A DNA stretch of 64,000 bases from an uncultured Muribaculaceae bacterium (GTDB taxonomy: Bacteria; Bacteroidota; Bacteroidia; Bacteroidales; Muribaculaceae): the NCBI GenBank assembly GCA_910579105.1, contig CAJTRT010000008.1, positions 1,650-65,649 of the forward strand, read 5' to 3'. Shown in pieces: positions 18,567-28,752 of the stretch. Position 1 is the first letter of the stretch; each line of letters begins with the position of its first letter. The notes beneath the pieces are model-generated. The model did no database searches, was not told the DNA's origin, and saw nothing but the letters and a program-made list of their open reading frames with translations. The position numbers and the translations under genes were made by a program.

Positions 18567-19970
18567 TCATTCAATCTGTTTCCCGGCGAGTTCCATTATC
18601 TTCCGGGGTATTTCGGTGTTGTCGCCGAAACGGCCGAAAATCTCCGAGCCGCGCCCTATGGCGAAAACAGGCACCGGCGAACCGGTGTGCTTTGTGGAGG
18701 CCCAGTTTATTCCCGCCTGTGTGTCGGCTATCTCGAACACCGCGGCGGTAAACGCGTCGAAATCGGAGTAGAGCGTCTTCTGGTCGGGACGGGTGACATG
18801 GCGCGTGAACATATCCTCGAACATCTCCCGGAGCCGGTTGGTTTGCTCGTCGGAAACTTTTGTCGAGGGGGTCCAGAAACCGAGGTTCTCCGCGAGATAC
18901 TCTTTCATATCCTCCCATTTGAAAATCCGGCGCGACTTCGCGATTCCTTTGCAAAAGTCAGAGAAGGCGTCTTTCGACAGGCGCCGGGGTGCCAGGCGGC
19001 CTGGATAGACGGCGTAGCCCGAACTCTGGTTGCCCACCGACATGCCGCCTGTCTCGTGGTCGGCGGTGACAACTATCAGCGTCTCTTCGGGGTGCTGTTT
19101 GTAGAAGTCGTAGGCTATACGTATGGTATTGTCGAAATTGATTGTCTCGATCATATTGGTGGCGGCGTCGTTGGCGTGGCCTGAATGGTCGATGTTGCCC
19201 CCCTCCACCATTACGAAGAACTTTTCCGGCGAGACGCGCTCGAGGTGGCTTATGCAGGCCTTTGTCAGTTCCTGCAAGGTGAGCGCCCCGGGGATGGAGT
19301 CGATGGTGTAGCCGATGCTCCAGTTCCGGGCCGTGTCGGGGCTGAGCACCAGCACGCGGTCGGCGGTTAAGTCCGCCCCGGCGAGCCCGTAGGAAACACT
19401 CATCCCGTTCTCGGCGAACTCCGCGAGCAGCCCCGTGTCGCGCCCTTTCTTGTCCTTCGTGCCGCGCAGCCCCGAACCGGCGGCGAACTGGTAGCCGCTG
19501 GCTGCCAGCTGGCTGCCTATCTCGCGGAACATACTCCGCTTGGGCACATGGGCGTAGAACGCTCCCGGGGTGGCATCGTCAATCGCCACGGATGTCACAA
19601 GCCCCACCCCGTATCCATCATCGAAAAGAGTTTTCGCGATGGATGTCACGGCGGCGGTGTCGGGAGTGACGCCGAGCATGCCGTTGTTTGTCTTACGTCC
19701 GGTCGCAAGGGCAGTGCCGGCGGCTGCCGAGTCAGTCACGTCAGATGACGCGGAATGGCTCGTGGCCATGGATCCGGCGGGGAAACCGGTCATCAGGAGG
19801 TCGCCTGTGCCGAGAACGTGCTTCTTGTAGAGCTGGGCGTTCATCACCTCGTTGACCCCCATTCCGTCACCTATGAAGTAGAATATGTACTTCGGGGCGG
19901 AATCCGCCGCGGCGGCCAATGTCATCGCGGTGCCGGCCAGCAGCCCCGAAAAGAGTCTCTTTATATTCAT
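18567..19970 (-). CDS. Alkaline phosphatase
   Basis: YFIGDGMG, VTDSAAAGTALATG, ATP.AFYAH, VEGG.IDH.GH.ND, VTADHETGG; signal peptide. Confidence 0.95.
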   Translation of the reverse strand: MNIKRLFSGLLAGTAMTLAAAADSAPKYIFYFIGDGMGVNEVMNAQLYKKHVLGTGDLLMTGFPAGSMATSHSASSDVTDSAAAGTALATGRKTNNGMLGVTPDTAAVTSIAKTLFDDGYGVGLVTSVAIDDATPGAFYAHVPKRSMFREIGSQLAASGYQFAAGSGLRGTKDKKGRDTGLLAEFAENGMSVSYGLAGADLTADRVLVLSPDTARNWSIGYTIDSIPGALTLQELTKACISHLERVSPEKFFVMVEGGNIDHSGHANDAATNMIETINFDNTIRIAYDFYKQHPEETLIVVTADHETGGMSVGNQSSGYAVYPGRLAPRRLSKDAFSDFCKGIAKSRRIFKWEDMKEYLAENLGFWTPSTKVSDEQTNRLREMFEDMFTRHVTRPDQKTLYSDFDAFTAAVFEIADTQAGINWASTKHTGSPVPVFAIGRGSEIFGRFGDNTEIPRKIMELAGKQIE

Positions 19971-21502
19971 GTTATTCTGTTAAGTTCGTCGTTTAGCCGC
20001 AAAAGCGGATCGATCACGGAGCGGTCGTTGGCCAGGCGGGGCACCTTGCGCTGGCCCCCGAGCTTGCCGGTGGAGGCGAGCCAGCGGTCGAACACGCCTG
20101 GTGCGGCGGCGATCACCTCCGGCGCGTCGAGGAATATCCCCCCGGCGCGCTTGGCCTGGTAGTCGGAGTTCTCGCCCTGCAACGCCCTGTCGAGCGCGGC
20201 GGCGAACTCATCCCGCGAGGAGGGCTCCGCCGCGAACTCCACAAGCCACTGGTGCCTGCCGCGGGTGCCGTCGCCGGCGTATACAGGGGCGGCGGTATAG
20301 TTCAGCACCTCGGCACCGGTGACGGCGCAGGCGCGCTCAATGGCCGCGTCGGCGTTATACACCATCACCTCCTCGCCGAAAGCATTGATGAATGCCTTGG
20401 TGCGCCCGGCTATGGTGATTGTCAACGGGTCGGCACTCTCTATTTTCACGGTGTCGCCCGTGCGGTAGCGCCACAGTCCGTTGGACGAGGTGATGACCAG
20501 TTCGGCCACCATTCCAGGCTCGGCCTCCCACAGCGGCAGAGGCAGGGTTGCGCCCTGCGGCAGCAACTCGTAGAACGTGTCGGCGTTGAGCAGCAGCCCC
20601 ATCTCCGGGCTGCCGGGCCGCTCCTGCACGGCGAAGAATCCTTCCGAGGCGTTATAGTTTTCCCAATAGCGCATCCGCGCCGGGTCGGTTACGCGGTCAT
20701 ACTGCCCGCGGTAGGGTCCGAAGGCGATGCCGCCGTGGAAGAACACCTCGAGATTAGGCCACACGTCGTGGATGGTCGTCGCCCCGGCGCGCTCCACCAC
20801 GCGTTTCAGCACGGTCAGGAACCATGACGGCACACCGGAAATACTCCTCACGTCGGCTTTCAGCGACGCTTCTACCAGGGCTGGCAGCTTCTCGTTCCAG
20901 TCGGCCATGAGGGCGGTTTTCTTCGACGGGACGCGGAAGAGGTTGACCAGCGGGTTTATGCGGTCGATCAGCGAGGCCGAAAGATCGCCTACCTTTACCC
21001 CTTCGGGTAGTTCAAGCTCGTTGGCGAAACTGCCGCCGAGAATGAAATTCTTTCCCCCGAAGACATGGCTGTCGGCATAGCAGGCGAGATACGACGCCAG
21101 GGAATACGCCGCTCCTGCGTAATGGCAGCGACTGAGGCCGCGGGGAGTGATGGGGATGAACTTGCTCTTGCCGTCAGACGTGCCCGACGACTGGGCGAAG
21201 CGGCGACACACCCCGGGCCACAGCACGTCGGCCTCCCCCCCGACCATCCGCATCACATACGGACGTATGGCCGGATAATCGCAGGGTTCCATCGATGAGA
21301 ACCGGCTATACAGCTCGGCGCCGGTAGGTGCAGAGGCGACTTTCGACAGCCCGCGGTCAGCGCCGAAAGCCGTTTCCGCGCCGCGGCTCGCGAGGTCGCG
21401 CAGCAAGCCGAGCTGGCTCTGCCGCGGGTCGAGGCGGGCCTCGGCCTCGGCTTTCGCCACGCGGCGGAAGTACGGGCGTGATATGTCGGTGAAGTCAATC
21501 AT
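19967..21502 (-). CDS. GH3 auxin-responsive family acyl-adenylate/amido synthetase-like protein
   Basis: FAQSSGT...KSKFIP, YNASEGFF, GLWRY..GD, GRTK.FIN.FGEE, KLGGQ.KVPRL. Start set at MIDFT (21502), downstream of a -7 promoter element at 21548-21555. Confidence 0.9.
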   Translation of the reverse strand: MIDFTDISRPYFRRVAKAEAEARLDPRQSQLGLLRDLASRGAETAFGADRGLSKVASAPTGAELYSRFSSMEPCDYPAIRPYVMRMVGGEADVLWPGVCRRFAQSSGTSDGKSKFIPITPRGLSRCHYAGAAYSLASYLACYADSHVFGGKNFILGGSFANELELPEGVKVGDLSASLIDRINPLVNLFRVPSKKTALMADWNEKLPALVEASLKADVRSISGVPSWFLTVLKRVVERAGATTIHDVWPNLEVFFHGGIAFGPYRGQYDRVTDPARMRYWENYNASEGFFAVQERPGSPEMGLLLNADTFYELLPQGATLPLPLWEAEPGMVAELVITSSNGLWRYRTGDTVKIESADPLTITIAGRTKAFINAFGEEVMVYNADAAIERACAVTGAEVLNYTAAPVYAGDGTRGRHQWLVEFAAEPSSRDEFAAALDRALQGENSDYQAKRAGGIFLDAPEVIAAAPGVFDRWLASTGKLGGQRKVPRLANDRSVIDPLLRLNDELNRIT

Positions 21503-21600
21503 TACGAAACAGGGCGGCAATACCTGCGCATAATCCGCCCAATCCCGCGAATTTACCATTTTTTCCAACCTCTATCCCACGCGGCCGCATTAAAAAATCA

Positions 21601-21634
21601 AAAAACAGGCCGTGTCGCTGACGACACGGCCTGT
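21601..21634 (-). terminator. Rho-independent terminator of the fructokinase operon
   Basis: ACAGGCCGTGTCG / CGACACGGCCTGT 13-bp stem with an A-tract on the plus strand (U-tract on minus). Confidence 0.8.
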
Positions 21635-21655
21635 CTATATCAAGTCACCTCCCGG

Positions 21656-22534
21656 TTACTCGGTGATTTCCGCGGGAAGGGTAGGCATGGCGCCCGGGCG
21701 GGTGCAGACGAAGGCCGAAGTGCGAACGGCCTTGGAATGGGCCTCGGCCACTGACTTCCCTTTGAGAATCGATGCGATGAACGCGGCGGTGAAGCTGTCG
21801 CCCGCTCCAACGGTGTCGGCCACCTCCACCTTGGGGGTGGGCTGGAAGGAGACGTTTCCGGGGGTGAACACATAGCTGCCGTTGATGCCGCAGGTGAGTA
21901 TGAGCATCTTCAGGTTGTACTTGCCCAGTAGTATCCAGCACTTGTCCTGGAGGTCGATGCCGGGATAGCCGAACATACGGCTTATTGTCACCAGTTCCTC
22001 ATCGTTTATTTTCAAGATATTGCAACGCTTCATGGAGTTGCAGAGAATCTCCTTGTTGTAGAAACCCTGGCGCAGGTTAACGTCGAACACCACCAGCGAT
22101 TCGGCATTCTGCGGCATGGCGTCAAGGAAGCGGTTGATCGTGTTGCGGGAAACCACGTTGCGCTGCGCCAGAGATCCGAAGCAGACGGCCTTGGTGCGCT
22201 CGGCGAGCTGTTCGAGGCGGGCAGTGTAAGGGATATTGTCCCAGGCCACGTTCTCCTTGATCTCGTACTGGGGAATCCCGGCCTGGTCGATCTCTACCTG
22301 CACGGTACCCGTTGGGTAAGGTACCTTCTCAATCAGGTGGTTGAGGCCCTTGGATGTGAAGTTCTCGATAATCTCGTTGCCGAGAGCGTCGTCGCCGACG
22401 GCGCTGACCACGCAGCTGGGAAGCCCGAACTGCGAAACGTGGTAAGCGAAGTTGGCAGGCGCGCCGCCGATTTTCTTGCCTTCGGGCAGCACGTCCCACA
22501 GCGCCTCGCCCATTCCGACTACAATGTCTTTCAT
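21656..22534 (-). CDS. Fructokinase (PfkB family)
   Basis: GE.LWD..P....GGAPANFA, FDVNLR, KINDEE, DTVGAGDSF; located in a fructan PUL. Confidence 0.93.
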   Translation of the reverse strand: MKDIVVGMGEALWDVLPEGKKIGGAPANFAYHVSQFGLPSCVVSAVGDDALGNEIIENFTSKGLNHLIEKVPYPTGTVQVEIDQAGIPQYEIKENVAWDNIPYTARLEQLAERTKAVCFGSLAQRNVVSRNTINRFLDAMPQNAESLVVFDVNLRQGFYNKEILCNSMKRCNILKINDEELVTISRMFGYPGIDLQDKCWILLGKYNLKMLILTCGINGSYVFTPGNVSFQPTPKVEVADTVGAGDSFTAAFIASILKGKSVAEAHSKAVRTSAFVCTRPGAMPTLPAEITE

Positions 22535-22546
22535 GTTATGTGGATT

Positions 22547-23737
22547 TTATGCTTTTCTGATTTTCAACGTGTAATACAGGAGGTATATTACCCCGAGGGT
22601 CATGACGGCCACCGCCCCGGCCTGCCCGGCAGCGTCGGCGGCATAGCCCATCGCGAGGGGGAACACCGTGCCGCCGAACAGCCCCATGATCATCAGGCCC
22701 GACACCTCGTTCTTCTCGGCGGGGGAGGCGATGAGCGCCTGGGAGAACACCACGGAGAAGATATTGGAGTTGCCGAAACCGATCAGGCCGAGAGCGACGT
22801 ATATGGCTCCGAGGGTGTCGCAAACGAAGAGCATCACCATAGCGGCGACCATCATAAGCACGCTGATGCCGAAGAAAATCTTGGGCGACATGGCGCGCAG
22901 GATGAACGCGCCCAGGAAGCAGCCGAGCGTGCGGAAGATGAAGTAGACACTGGTAGCGAACCCGGCTTCCTCGAGCGGCAGAGCGAGACGCTCCATTATG
23001 ATCTTGGGAGCGGTGGTGTTGGTGCCCACGTCGATTCCGACATGGCACATTATCCCGATAAAGCAAAGCAGTATGAACGGACGGCCGAGCAGCCTGACGC
23101 ACTCCCTGATGCCGGAAGCCTTGTCGGGGCGCTCCTCCTCGATCGGAGTGGCAGCGAGAGCCGCCACCGACAACAGACTGACAGCCGCGTAAATCACAAA
23201 GAGCACCCGCCATCCCAGGCCGAAAGTCGGCATAAGGGTCGTGGCGCCCCAAGCCGCGATAATCGGAGCCAGAAAGGAGGCGATCGCCTTGACAAACTGG
23301 CCGAAAGTCAGGGTAGATGCCAGCTTGTCGCCACTGATGAGGTTGGTCACCAAGGGATTGAGCGAAGTCTGCATTATGGCGTTGCCGATTCCCAGGAAAG
23401 AGAAACTGAGCAACATTATGGTGTAGTTGTCGCCGAACATCGGAAGCGCGAGCGACAAGGCTGTCACCGCCAGCGAGATAAGCACGGTTCTCTTGCGGCC
23501 GATCTTATTCATCAGCATGCCGGTCGGCACGGAGAAAATGAGGAACCAGAAGAACACGAGCGAGGGAAAGAGGTTGGCCTGCGCGTCGGTCAGGCCGAGG
23601 TCTTTCTGCACATAGTTGGAGGCCGTGCCGACCAGGTCGACGAAGCCCATGGCGAAGAAGCAGAGCATCACCGGGGCGAATTGCAGCAGCGAGCTTTTTT
23701 TGGCTGTCGTGGTAGTCATATATTGGTTGGTATCCAT
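22547..23737 (-). CDS. MFS monosaccharide (fructose) permease
   Basis: 12-TM MFS, FFAMGFVD, QTSLNP; lies between GH32 and fructokinase. Confidence 0.88.
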   Translation of the reverse strand: MDTNQYMTTTTAKKSSLLQFAPVMLCFFAMGFVDLVGTASNYVQKDLGLTDAQANLFPSLVFFWFLIFSVPTGMLMNKIGRKRTVLISLAVTALSLALPMFGDNYTIMLLSFSFLGIGNAIMQTSLNPLVTNLISGDKLASTLTFGQFVKAIASFLAPIIAAWGATTLMPTFGLGWRVLFVIYAAVSLLSVAALAATPIEEERPDKASGIRECVRLLGRPFILLCFIGIMCHVGIDVGTNTTAPKIIMERLALPLEEAGFATSVYFIFRTLGCFLGAFILRAMSPKIFFGISVLMMVAAMVMLFVCDTLGAIYVALGLIGFGNSNIFSVVFSQALIASPAEKNEVSGLMIMGLFGGTVFPLAMGYAADAAGQAGAVAVMTLGVIYLLYYTLKIRKA

Positions 23738-23769
23738 TTTTAAGGTTGTTGCCTGGACTGTCAGGAAAA

Positions 23770-25605
23770 TTATTTAACAAGAACGGGATAAACCGCCAGA
23801 GAGGCTTTGGCCGAGCCTCCGTCGGCGGCCAGCGAGATGGTGCTGTAAGGTTTGGCTGGGAAAACGAGGTTTGTCATGGCGAAGCGCCCTCCGTTACCGA
23901 ACACCTCGATGCTCGAACGGTCGACAAACACCCGCAGGGTCAGTTCCCTGTCTGTCCCGAACACGGGAGCGACCGTCACCGCCGGAAACTCCTGGCTGAA
24001 ATCCACCGCGCCGCTCTTCCGGCGGTCCATCGAGAATGTGGCCGCGGCGGGGTCGTAGGCCATAACCACCTTGTCGCCGACTTCGTTGGCCAGGGTAATG
24101 GTGACGCTGCCGGCCTTGCGCGGATTGACCGTCAGTGCGATCTCGCACACCCCGTCGTTTGCCTTGGGGAGGCTGAATGTCTTAGCCTTGGAGCCGAACG
24201 ACACCCCTTTGGCGTTTACGGAGGCTTTCCCGCGGATGGCGTCAATCTCCGGGGAGGGGTTGGTGGCGGCGTATACCTGGCCGTCGGCGCCGCGGAAGAG
24301 GCTCACCTCGCGCGGCAGCGTGTTCGCGCTGCGGTACTGCGAGGTCGGCACCTCGGCCGCGTACTGCCAGTTGCTCATCCAGCCGATCACGGTGCGGCGG
24401 CCGTCGGGAGCGTCGCTCCAGCTCACAGTCGCATAGTTGTCCTTGCCGAAGTCGAGCCATTTGGTCGGCACCTTCCCCTCGGCGTCGGTGTCGGCCTTGA
24501 AGGTCTTGCCGTCGAAATCGCCGATGAAATACTGCGCGGCGCTTCCGCCGAAGGGGCCGCCGGGATTTATGTTGCAGATCAGCATCCACTTCTTCTCACC
24601 GGTGCCGTCAACTGGCAGCTCGAACAGGTCGGGGCACTCCCAGACGCCGTCCTGCGCTCCGAGACCCTTGCCGAAAGCGCTCTGGAGCGTCCACTCCTTC
24701 ATATCGGGAGAGGTGAAAATCAGCATCTCGTGGTCGAGCGCGTGGGCCAGCAGGAGCGTCCACTGTCTTGTCTGTGGATTCCAGAACATATTGGGGTCGC
24801 GCGCCTCGCTTTCAAGGGTGAGGGTCGGATTGCCGGAATATTTCTCGAAGGTCATGCCGTTGTCGCCGCTGTGGGCGAGGCTCTGGATCTGGCTTACGTC
24901 GGCCGAAGTGTACATCGCGACCACAGCGTCCTTGCCGAATCCGGCGGAATTCTCCGTGTCGACAGCGGAAGAACCGCTGAAAATCATTCCGAGCCCGTCA
25001 GGCTCCACCGCCACTGGATGATGCTCCCAGTTAACCAGGTCGGTAGAGGTAGAATGTCCCCACGACAGGTTCTGCCATTTAGAGCCGTAGGGATTCCACT
25101 GGTAGTACAGGTGCCACACCCCGTCCTTGTAGAACATGCCGTTGGGGTCGTTCATCCAGCCGTAGAGGGGCGTGTGGTGGTAGAGCGGGCGGTACTTCTC
25201 GCGGTTCGCTGTGTCAAACGTGTCGGCCAGGGCGAAATTGCGCCAGCAAGCGTCGTCCTTCGCCTCGCGCACAGTCGACCGGTTCTGCGCCGTCACGATA
25301 TTCAGCACAACGTCGCGGCCTTTGTAAGGTGTGAGGTCGAAAGGCACGGTGTAGTCGACCTTCGATTTCGCGAGTCTCACCTTGATCGAGCGGTCGAGCT
25401 TTCCGTCAACGAGTACTTTGACATCGGCATCCTCGTTGGCTTCCTGGACAGGCATCAGCAGGTATTTTGAATCCCCGCTGACCCTCACGATAGTGTTGGT
25501 AGTCCCGAGGTGCTCGACCTTTATGCCGTCGCTGGCGGCCAAGCCGGAAACCGAGGCAATGGCTGCGCCAGCGGCAATAATCAGTCTGGAATAGTAGTTT
25601 TTCAT
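23770..25605 (-). CDS. GH32 exo-beta-fructosidase/levanase with N-terminal DUF4980-like domain
   Basis: WMNDPNG, FSGS, RDP and WECP catalytic motifs; signal peptide from MKNYYS (25605). Confidence 0.95.
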   Translation of the reverse strand: MKNYYSRLIIAAGAAIASVSGLAASDGIKVEHLGTTNTIVRVSGDSKYLLMPVQEANEDADVKVLVDGKLDRSIKVRLAKSKVDYTVPFDLTPYKGRDVVLNIVTAQNRSTVREAKDDACWRNFALADTFDTANREKYRPLYHHTPLYGWMNDPNGMFYKDGVWHLYYQWNPYGSKWQNLSWGHSTSTDLVNWEHHPVAVEPDGLGMIFSGSSAVDTENSAGFGKDAVVAMYTSADVSQIQSLAHSGDNGMTFEKYSGNPTLTLESEARDPNMFWNPQTRQWTLLLAHALDHEMLIFTSPDMKEWTLQSAFGKGLGAQDGVWECPDLFELPVDGTGEKKWMLICNINPGGPFGGSAAQYFIGDFDGKTFKADTDAEGKVPTKWLDFGKDNYATVSWSDAPDGRRTVIGWMSNWQYAAEVPTSQYRSANTLPREVSLFRGADGQVYAATNPSPEIDAIRGKASVNAKGVSFGSKAKTFSLPKANDGVCEIALTVNPRKAGSVTITLANEVGDKVVMAYDPAAATFSMDRRKSGAVDFSQEFPAVTVAPVFGTDRELTLRVFVDRSSIEVFGNGGRFAMTNLVFPAKPYSTISLAADGGSAKASLAVYPVLVK

Positions 25606-25825
25606 CGTGTCATATTTTTTCATGGGCCTTATCGGCATCACAAAGCTACAAACAAAACCACTCCGGCACTATAAAAAATAGCGCGTATGATAGCAAAATT
25701 CACCCGCGGCCCGAAAATTACTACACAACGCTCCGTTTTTCGCATTTTTTGCGTAATTTTGCGATGCGCTAACACACGCGGCCCGTTTCGGGAACTGCCA
25801 AGTCTTTTACCATCGGATACTGACA

Positions 25826-28585
25826 ATGAACAGGCTCACTTATCTGCTATTACTTATCTGTTCAACGCTTTTTGCCGTTTCCTGCTCGGAAAACTCCAAG
25901 GAGTTCCGTATCGGTGTGTCGCAATGCAGCCAGGACGACTGGCGCTCGAAGATGAACGACGAGATAAACCGCGAGGTGATGTTCCACCCCGAGGTATCGG
26001 TTGAAATCCGCTCGGCCGACGACAGCAACGAGAAGCAGATCGCCGACATTCAGTATTTCCTCGACAACAGGTTCGACATCATCATAGCCGCCCCCAACGA
26101 GGCCGACGCCCTGACCCCCATTATAAAAAAGGCGTACGAGAGCGGCACCCCGGTAATCGTTTTCGACCGCAACATCCACGGCGACCACTACACCGCCTTC
26201 CAGGGTGTCGACAACAGGGCGATCGGGCGAATGGCCGCCCAGTACGCCCGCAACCTCGCCGGAGAGGGGGCCAACGTCATAGAAATCAAAGGCCTCCGCG
26301 GCTCCACACCGGCGGAGGAGCGCCAGCAGGGGTTCGCCGAGGGCGCGGCGGCCAACGGGCTGCGCGTGGTGGCTGACGGCTACGGCAACTGGAATTACGA
26401 CGAAGCCGCGCCGGTGGCCGACTCCCTGCTCAAAGCCCATCCGGAAGCCGGCATAATATACGCCCACAACGACCGCATGGCGATCGCCGCCTCGGAAACA
26501 GCCCGCCGCCTCGGACGCGACATAAGGGTCATAGGCATCGACGCGGCGCCCGAGATAGGGATCCGCGCTGTGGCCGACAGCGTTATCGACGCCACATTCC
26601 TCTACCCCACCGAGGGGCACCGGCTGATACGCACCGCGATCGCCATCCTCAAAGGAGAACCGTATGACACCGTCACGAATCTGCCCATAGCCAACGCGGT
26701 AGACCTCTCGAACGCCGAGATACTGCTGATGCAGCACGACGCGCTCAAAGAGGAGACCTCGAAAATAAAGCTTCTGAAAAGCCAGGTTGACGAGTTCTGG
26801 GACCGCCATTCGGCGCAGACCTGGCTGCTGTACTCGGTGTTCGCCATAGTAGTCCTGCTTCTGGGGATACTGTTCCTGACACTGCGCTCCGTGTGGCAAC
26901 GCCGGCGCCACCAGGAAGCGCTCGAGGCGGCCACGCAGTCGAAACTGATGTTCTTCACCAACGTCTCCCACGACCTGCGCACCCCGCTGACACTCATCGC
27001 GGAACCAATAGAACAGCTTGCCCATGCGCGGAACCTCGACCAGCAACAGAAGACCCTTGTCAGAATCGCCGGCAAGAACGCGCGCATCCTCAAAAGGCTC
27101 ATAAACCAGATTCTCGATTTCCGAAAATACGAGAACGGCAAGCTCGACCTGCGCCTCGCGGAAGCCCCCGTCGGGGAGATGTTCGCCGACTGGTCGGAGG
27201 CGTTCCGGGCGGTCGCCCGCAAACGCGACATAAAGTTTGTCACAGACATCGTCCTCCCCGAGGGGTTCTCCATGGCCGTCGACGCGGAAAAGCTCGAGCG
27301 CGTGTTCTTCAACCTGGTTTCCAACGCGTTCAAATACACCCCCGACAACGGCAGAATCAGTTTCAGTTGCCATCCGGAGGGTGACAGGCTGTGTTTCTCC
27401 GTGACCGACACCGGCATAGGGATTCCGGCGGAAGACCTCGGCAACATATTCGACCGCTTCTTCCAGGTCGACCGCGTGCACCCCAACGGTTCCGGCATCG
27501 GGCTGTCGCTTGCCAAGGCGTTCGTCGAGCTGCACGGCGGCACCATAGCGGTGGAAAGCGCCGTCGGCAAGGGTTCCACATTCACCGTGACCCTCCCGGT
27601 CAGGCATATCGAAACCGCCCAGGCAACCGGGTGCGCCTCCCCGACCCTCTCCTCTTCGGAAATTGAAAGCGAGCTCGGCAGCGTCGAGCCGGACATCGAG
27701 GTTCCGTCAGACAAGTCGGACGGTTCTGACAAGTCCGACGCGTCCGATGCCTCCGGCCCGCAGAAACCCGTGCTGCTCATCGTCGACGACAATGAGGACA
27801 TCCGTCTGCTGATCGGACAGTTAATGGCGTCTGACTACACCGTGATCAACGCTTCCGACGGCAAGGAGGGGTTGCGCCTCGCGGCGAAATACATCCCCGA
27901 CCTGGTCATAAGCGACGTCATGATGCCCGTGATGGACGGCCTGGAACTATGCCGGCGCGTAAAGGGGGAAGTCTCGACATCACACATCCCCGTGCTGCTG
28001 CTGACAGCATGCTCGATGGACGAACAGCGCGTCCAGGGCTACGACAGCGGGGCCGACGGCTATCTGGCGAAACCGTTCAACGCCGCCGTGCTCCGCTCGC
28101 GTTGCAAGAGCCTTATTGACAACCGCAAACGCGTAAAGGACCTTTGGGGCACGAATTCGCCCCGCGTGCCGGGGACTTCTAACCCCATTAATACAGAGGG
28201 CGATGGGGCTGTCAAGGCCCATCGCCCCGTGGTGGCCACCACGGGGCCGGCGGACGTTGAGAACGAGTTCTACGCCCGCTTCCTGGAAATCGTGCGCGGG
28301 GAAATGGGGAATCCCGAGCTAAACGTCGACACCCTCGCCTCTAAGATGGGGCTTGGCCGCTCGCAGTTCTACCGCAAGATCAAGGCCCTGACCAACTATT
28401 CCCCCGTGGAGCTGCTACGTTCCATACGGCTGAAACAGGCCCGCGAGCTGCTGACCTCCACGTCGCGCTCCGTGAGCGAAATCGCCTACGAGGTAGGATT
28501 CTCCACGCCGGCCTACTTCACACGCTGCTACCGGGAAGCCTTCGGGGAAACCCCGTCAGAATTACGCGAGCGCCTCGGCAACTGA
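25826..28585 (+). CDS. Hybrid two-component sensor/regulator with a periplasmic sugar-binding domain (BT1754-like fructose sensor)
   Basis: PBP domain (IGVSQCS.DDWR), TM, HDLRTPL His kinase, N/G boxes, receiver SDVMMP, AraC HTH. Confidence 0.95.
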   Translation: MNRLTYLLLLICSTLFAVSCSENSKEFRIGVSQCSQDDWRSKMNDEINREVMFHPEVSVEIRSADDSNEKQIADIQYFLDNRFDIIIAAPNEADALTPIIKKAYESGTPVIVFDRNIHGDHYTAFQGVDNRAIGRMAAQYARNLAGEGANVIEIKGLRGSTPAEERQQGFAEGAAANGLRVVADGYGNWNYDEAAPVADSLLKAHPEAGIIYAHNDRMAIAASETARRLGRDIRVIGIDAAPEIGIRAVADSVIDATFLYPTEGHRLIRTAIAILKGEPYDTVTNLPIANAVDLSNAEILLMQHDALKEETSKIKLLKSQVDEFWDRHSAQTWLLYSVFAIVVLLLGILFLTLRSVWQRRRHQEALEAATQSKLMFFTNVSHDLRTPLTLIAEPIEQLAHARNLDQQQKTLVRIAGKNARILKRLINQILDFRKYENGKLDLRLAEAPVGEMFADWSEAFRAVARKRDIKFVTDIVLPEGFSMAVDAEKLERVFFNLVSNAFKYTPDNGRISFSCHPEGDRLCFSVTDTGIGIPAEDLGNIFDRFFQVDRVHPNGSGIGLSLAKAFVELHGGTIAVESAVGKGSTFTVTLPVRHIETAQATGCASPTLSSSEIESELGSVEPDIEVPSDKSDGSDKSDASDASGPQKPVLLIVDDNEDIRLLIGQLMASDYTVINASDGKEGLRLAAKYIPDLVISDVMMPVMDGLELCRRVKGEVSTSHIPVLLLTACSMDEQRVQGYDSGADGYLAKPFNAAVLRSRCKSLIDNRKRVKDLWGTNSPRVPGTSNPINTEGDGAVKAHRPVVATTGPADVENEFYARFLEIVRGEMGNPELNVDTLASKMGLGRSQFYRKIKALTNYSPVELLRSIRLKQARELLTSTSRSVSEIAYEVGFSTPAYFTRCYREAFGETPSELRERLGN

Positions 28586-28752
28586 CCGGGGCGACACGCG
28601 TTAAATAAGGTTGCCATTTGCAAAAAATGCGCATTGTGTTGCAAAATTGGGTGGTCGCGCCATTTTTCATAAACGGCGCGACAAATCTTCTATCCGCCCA
28701 TATCCATACGTCATATCTTTGCGGCACGAAAACCCTACCAATCGTAATAATC

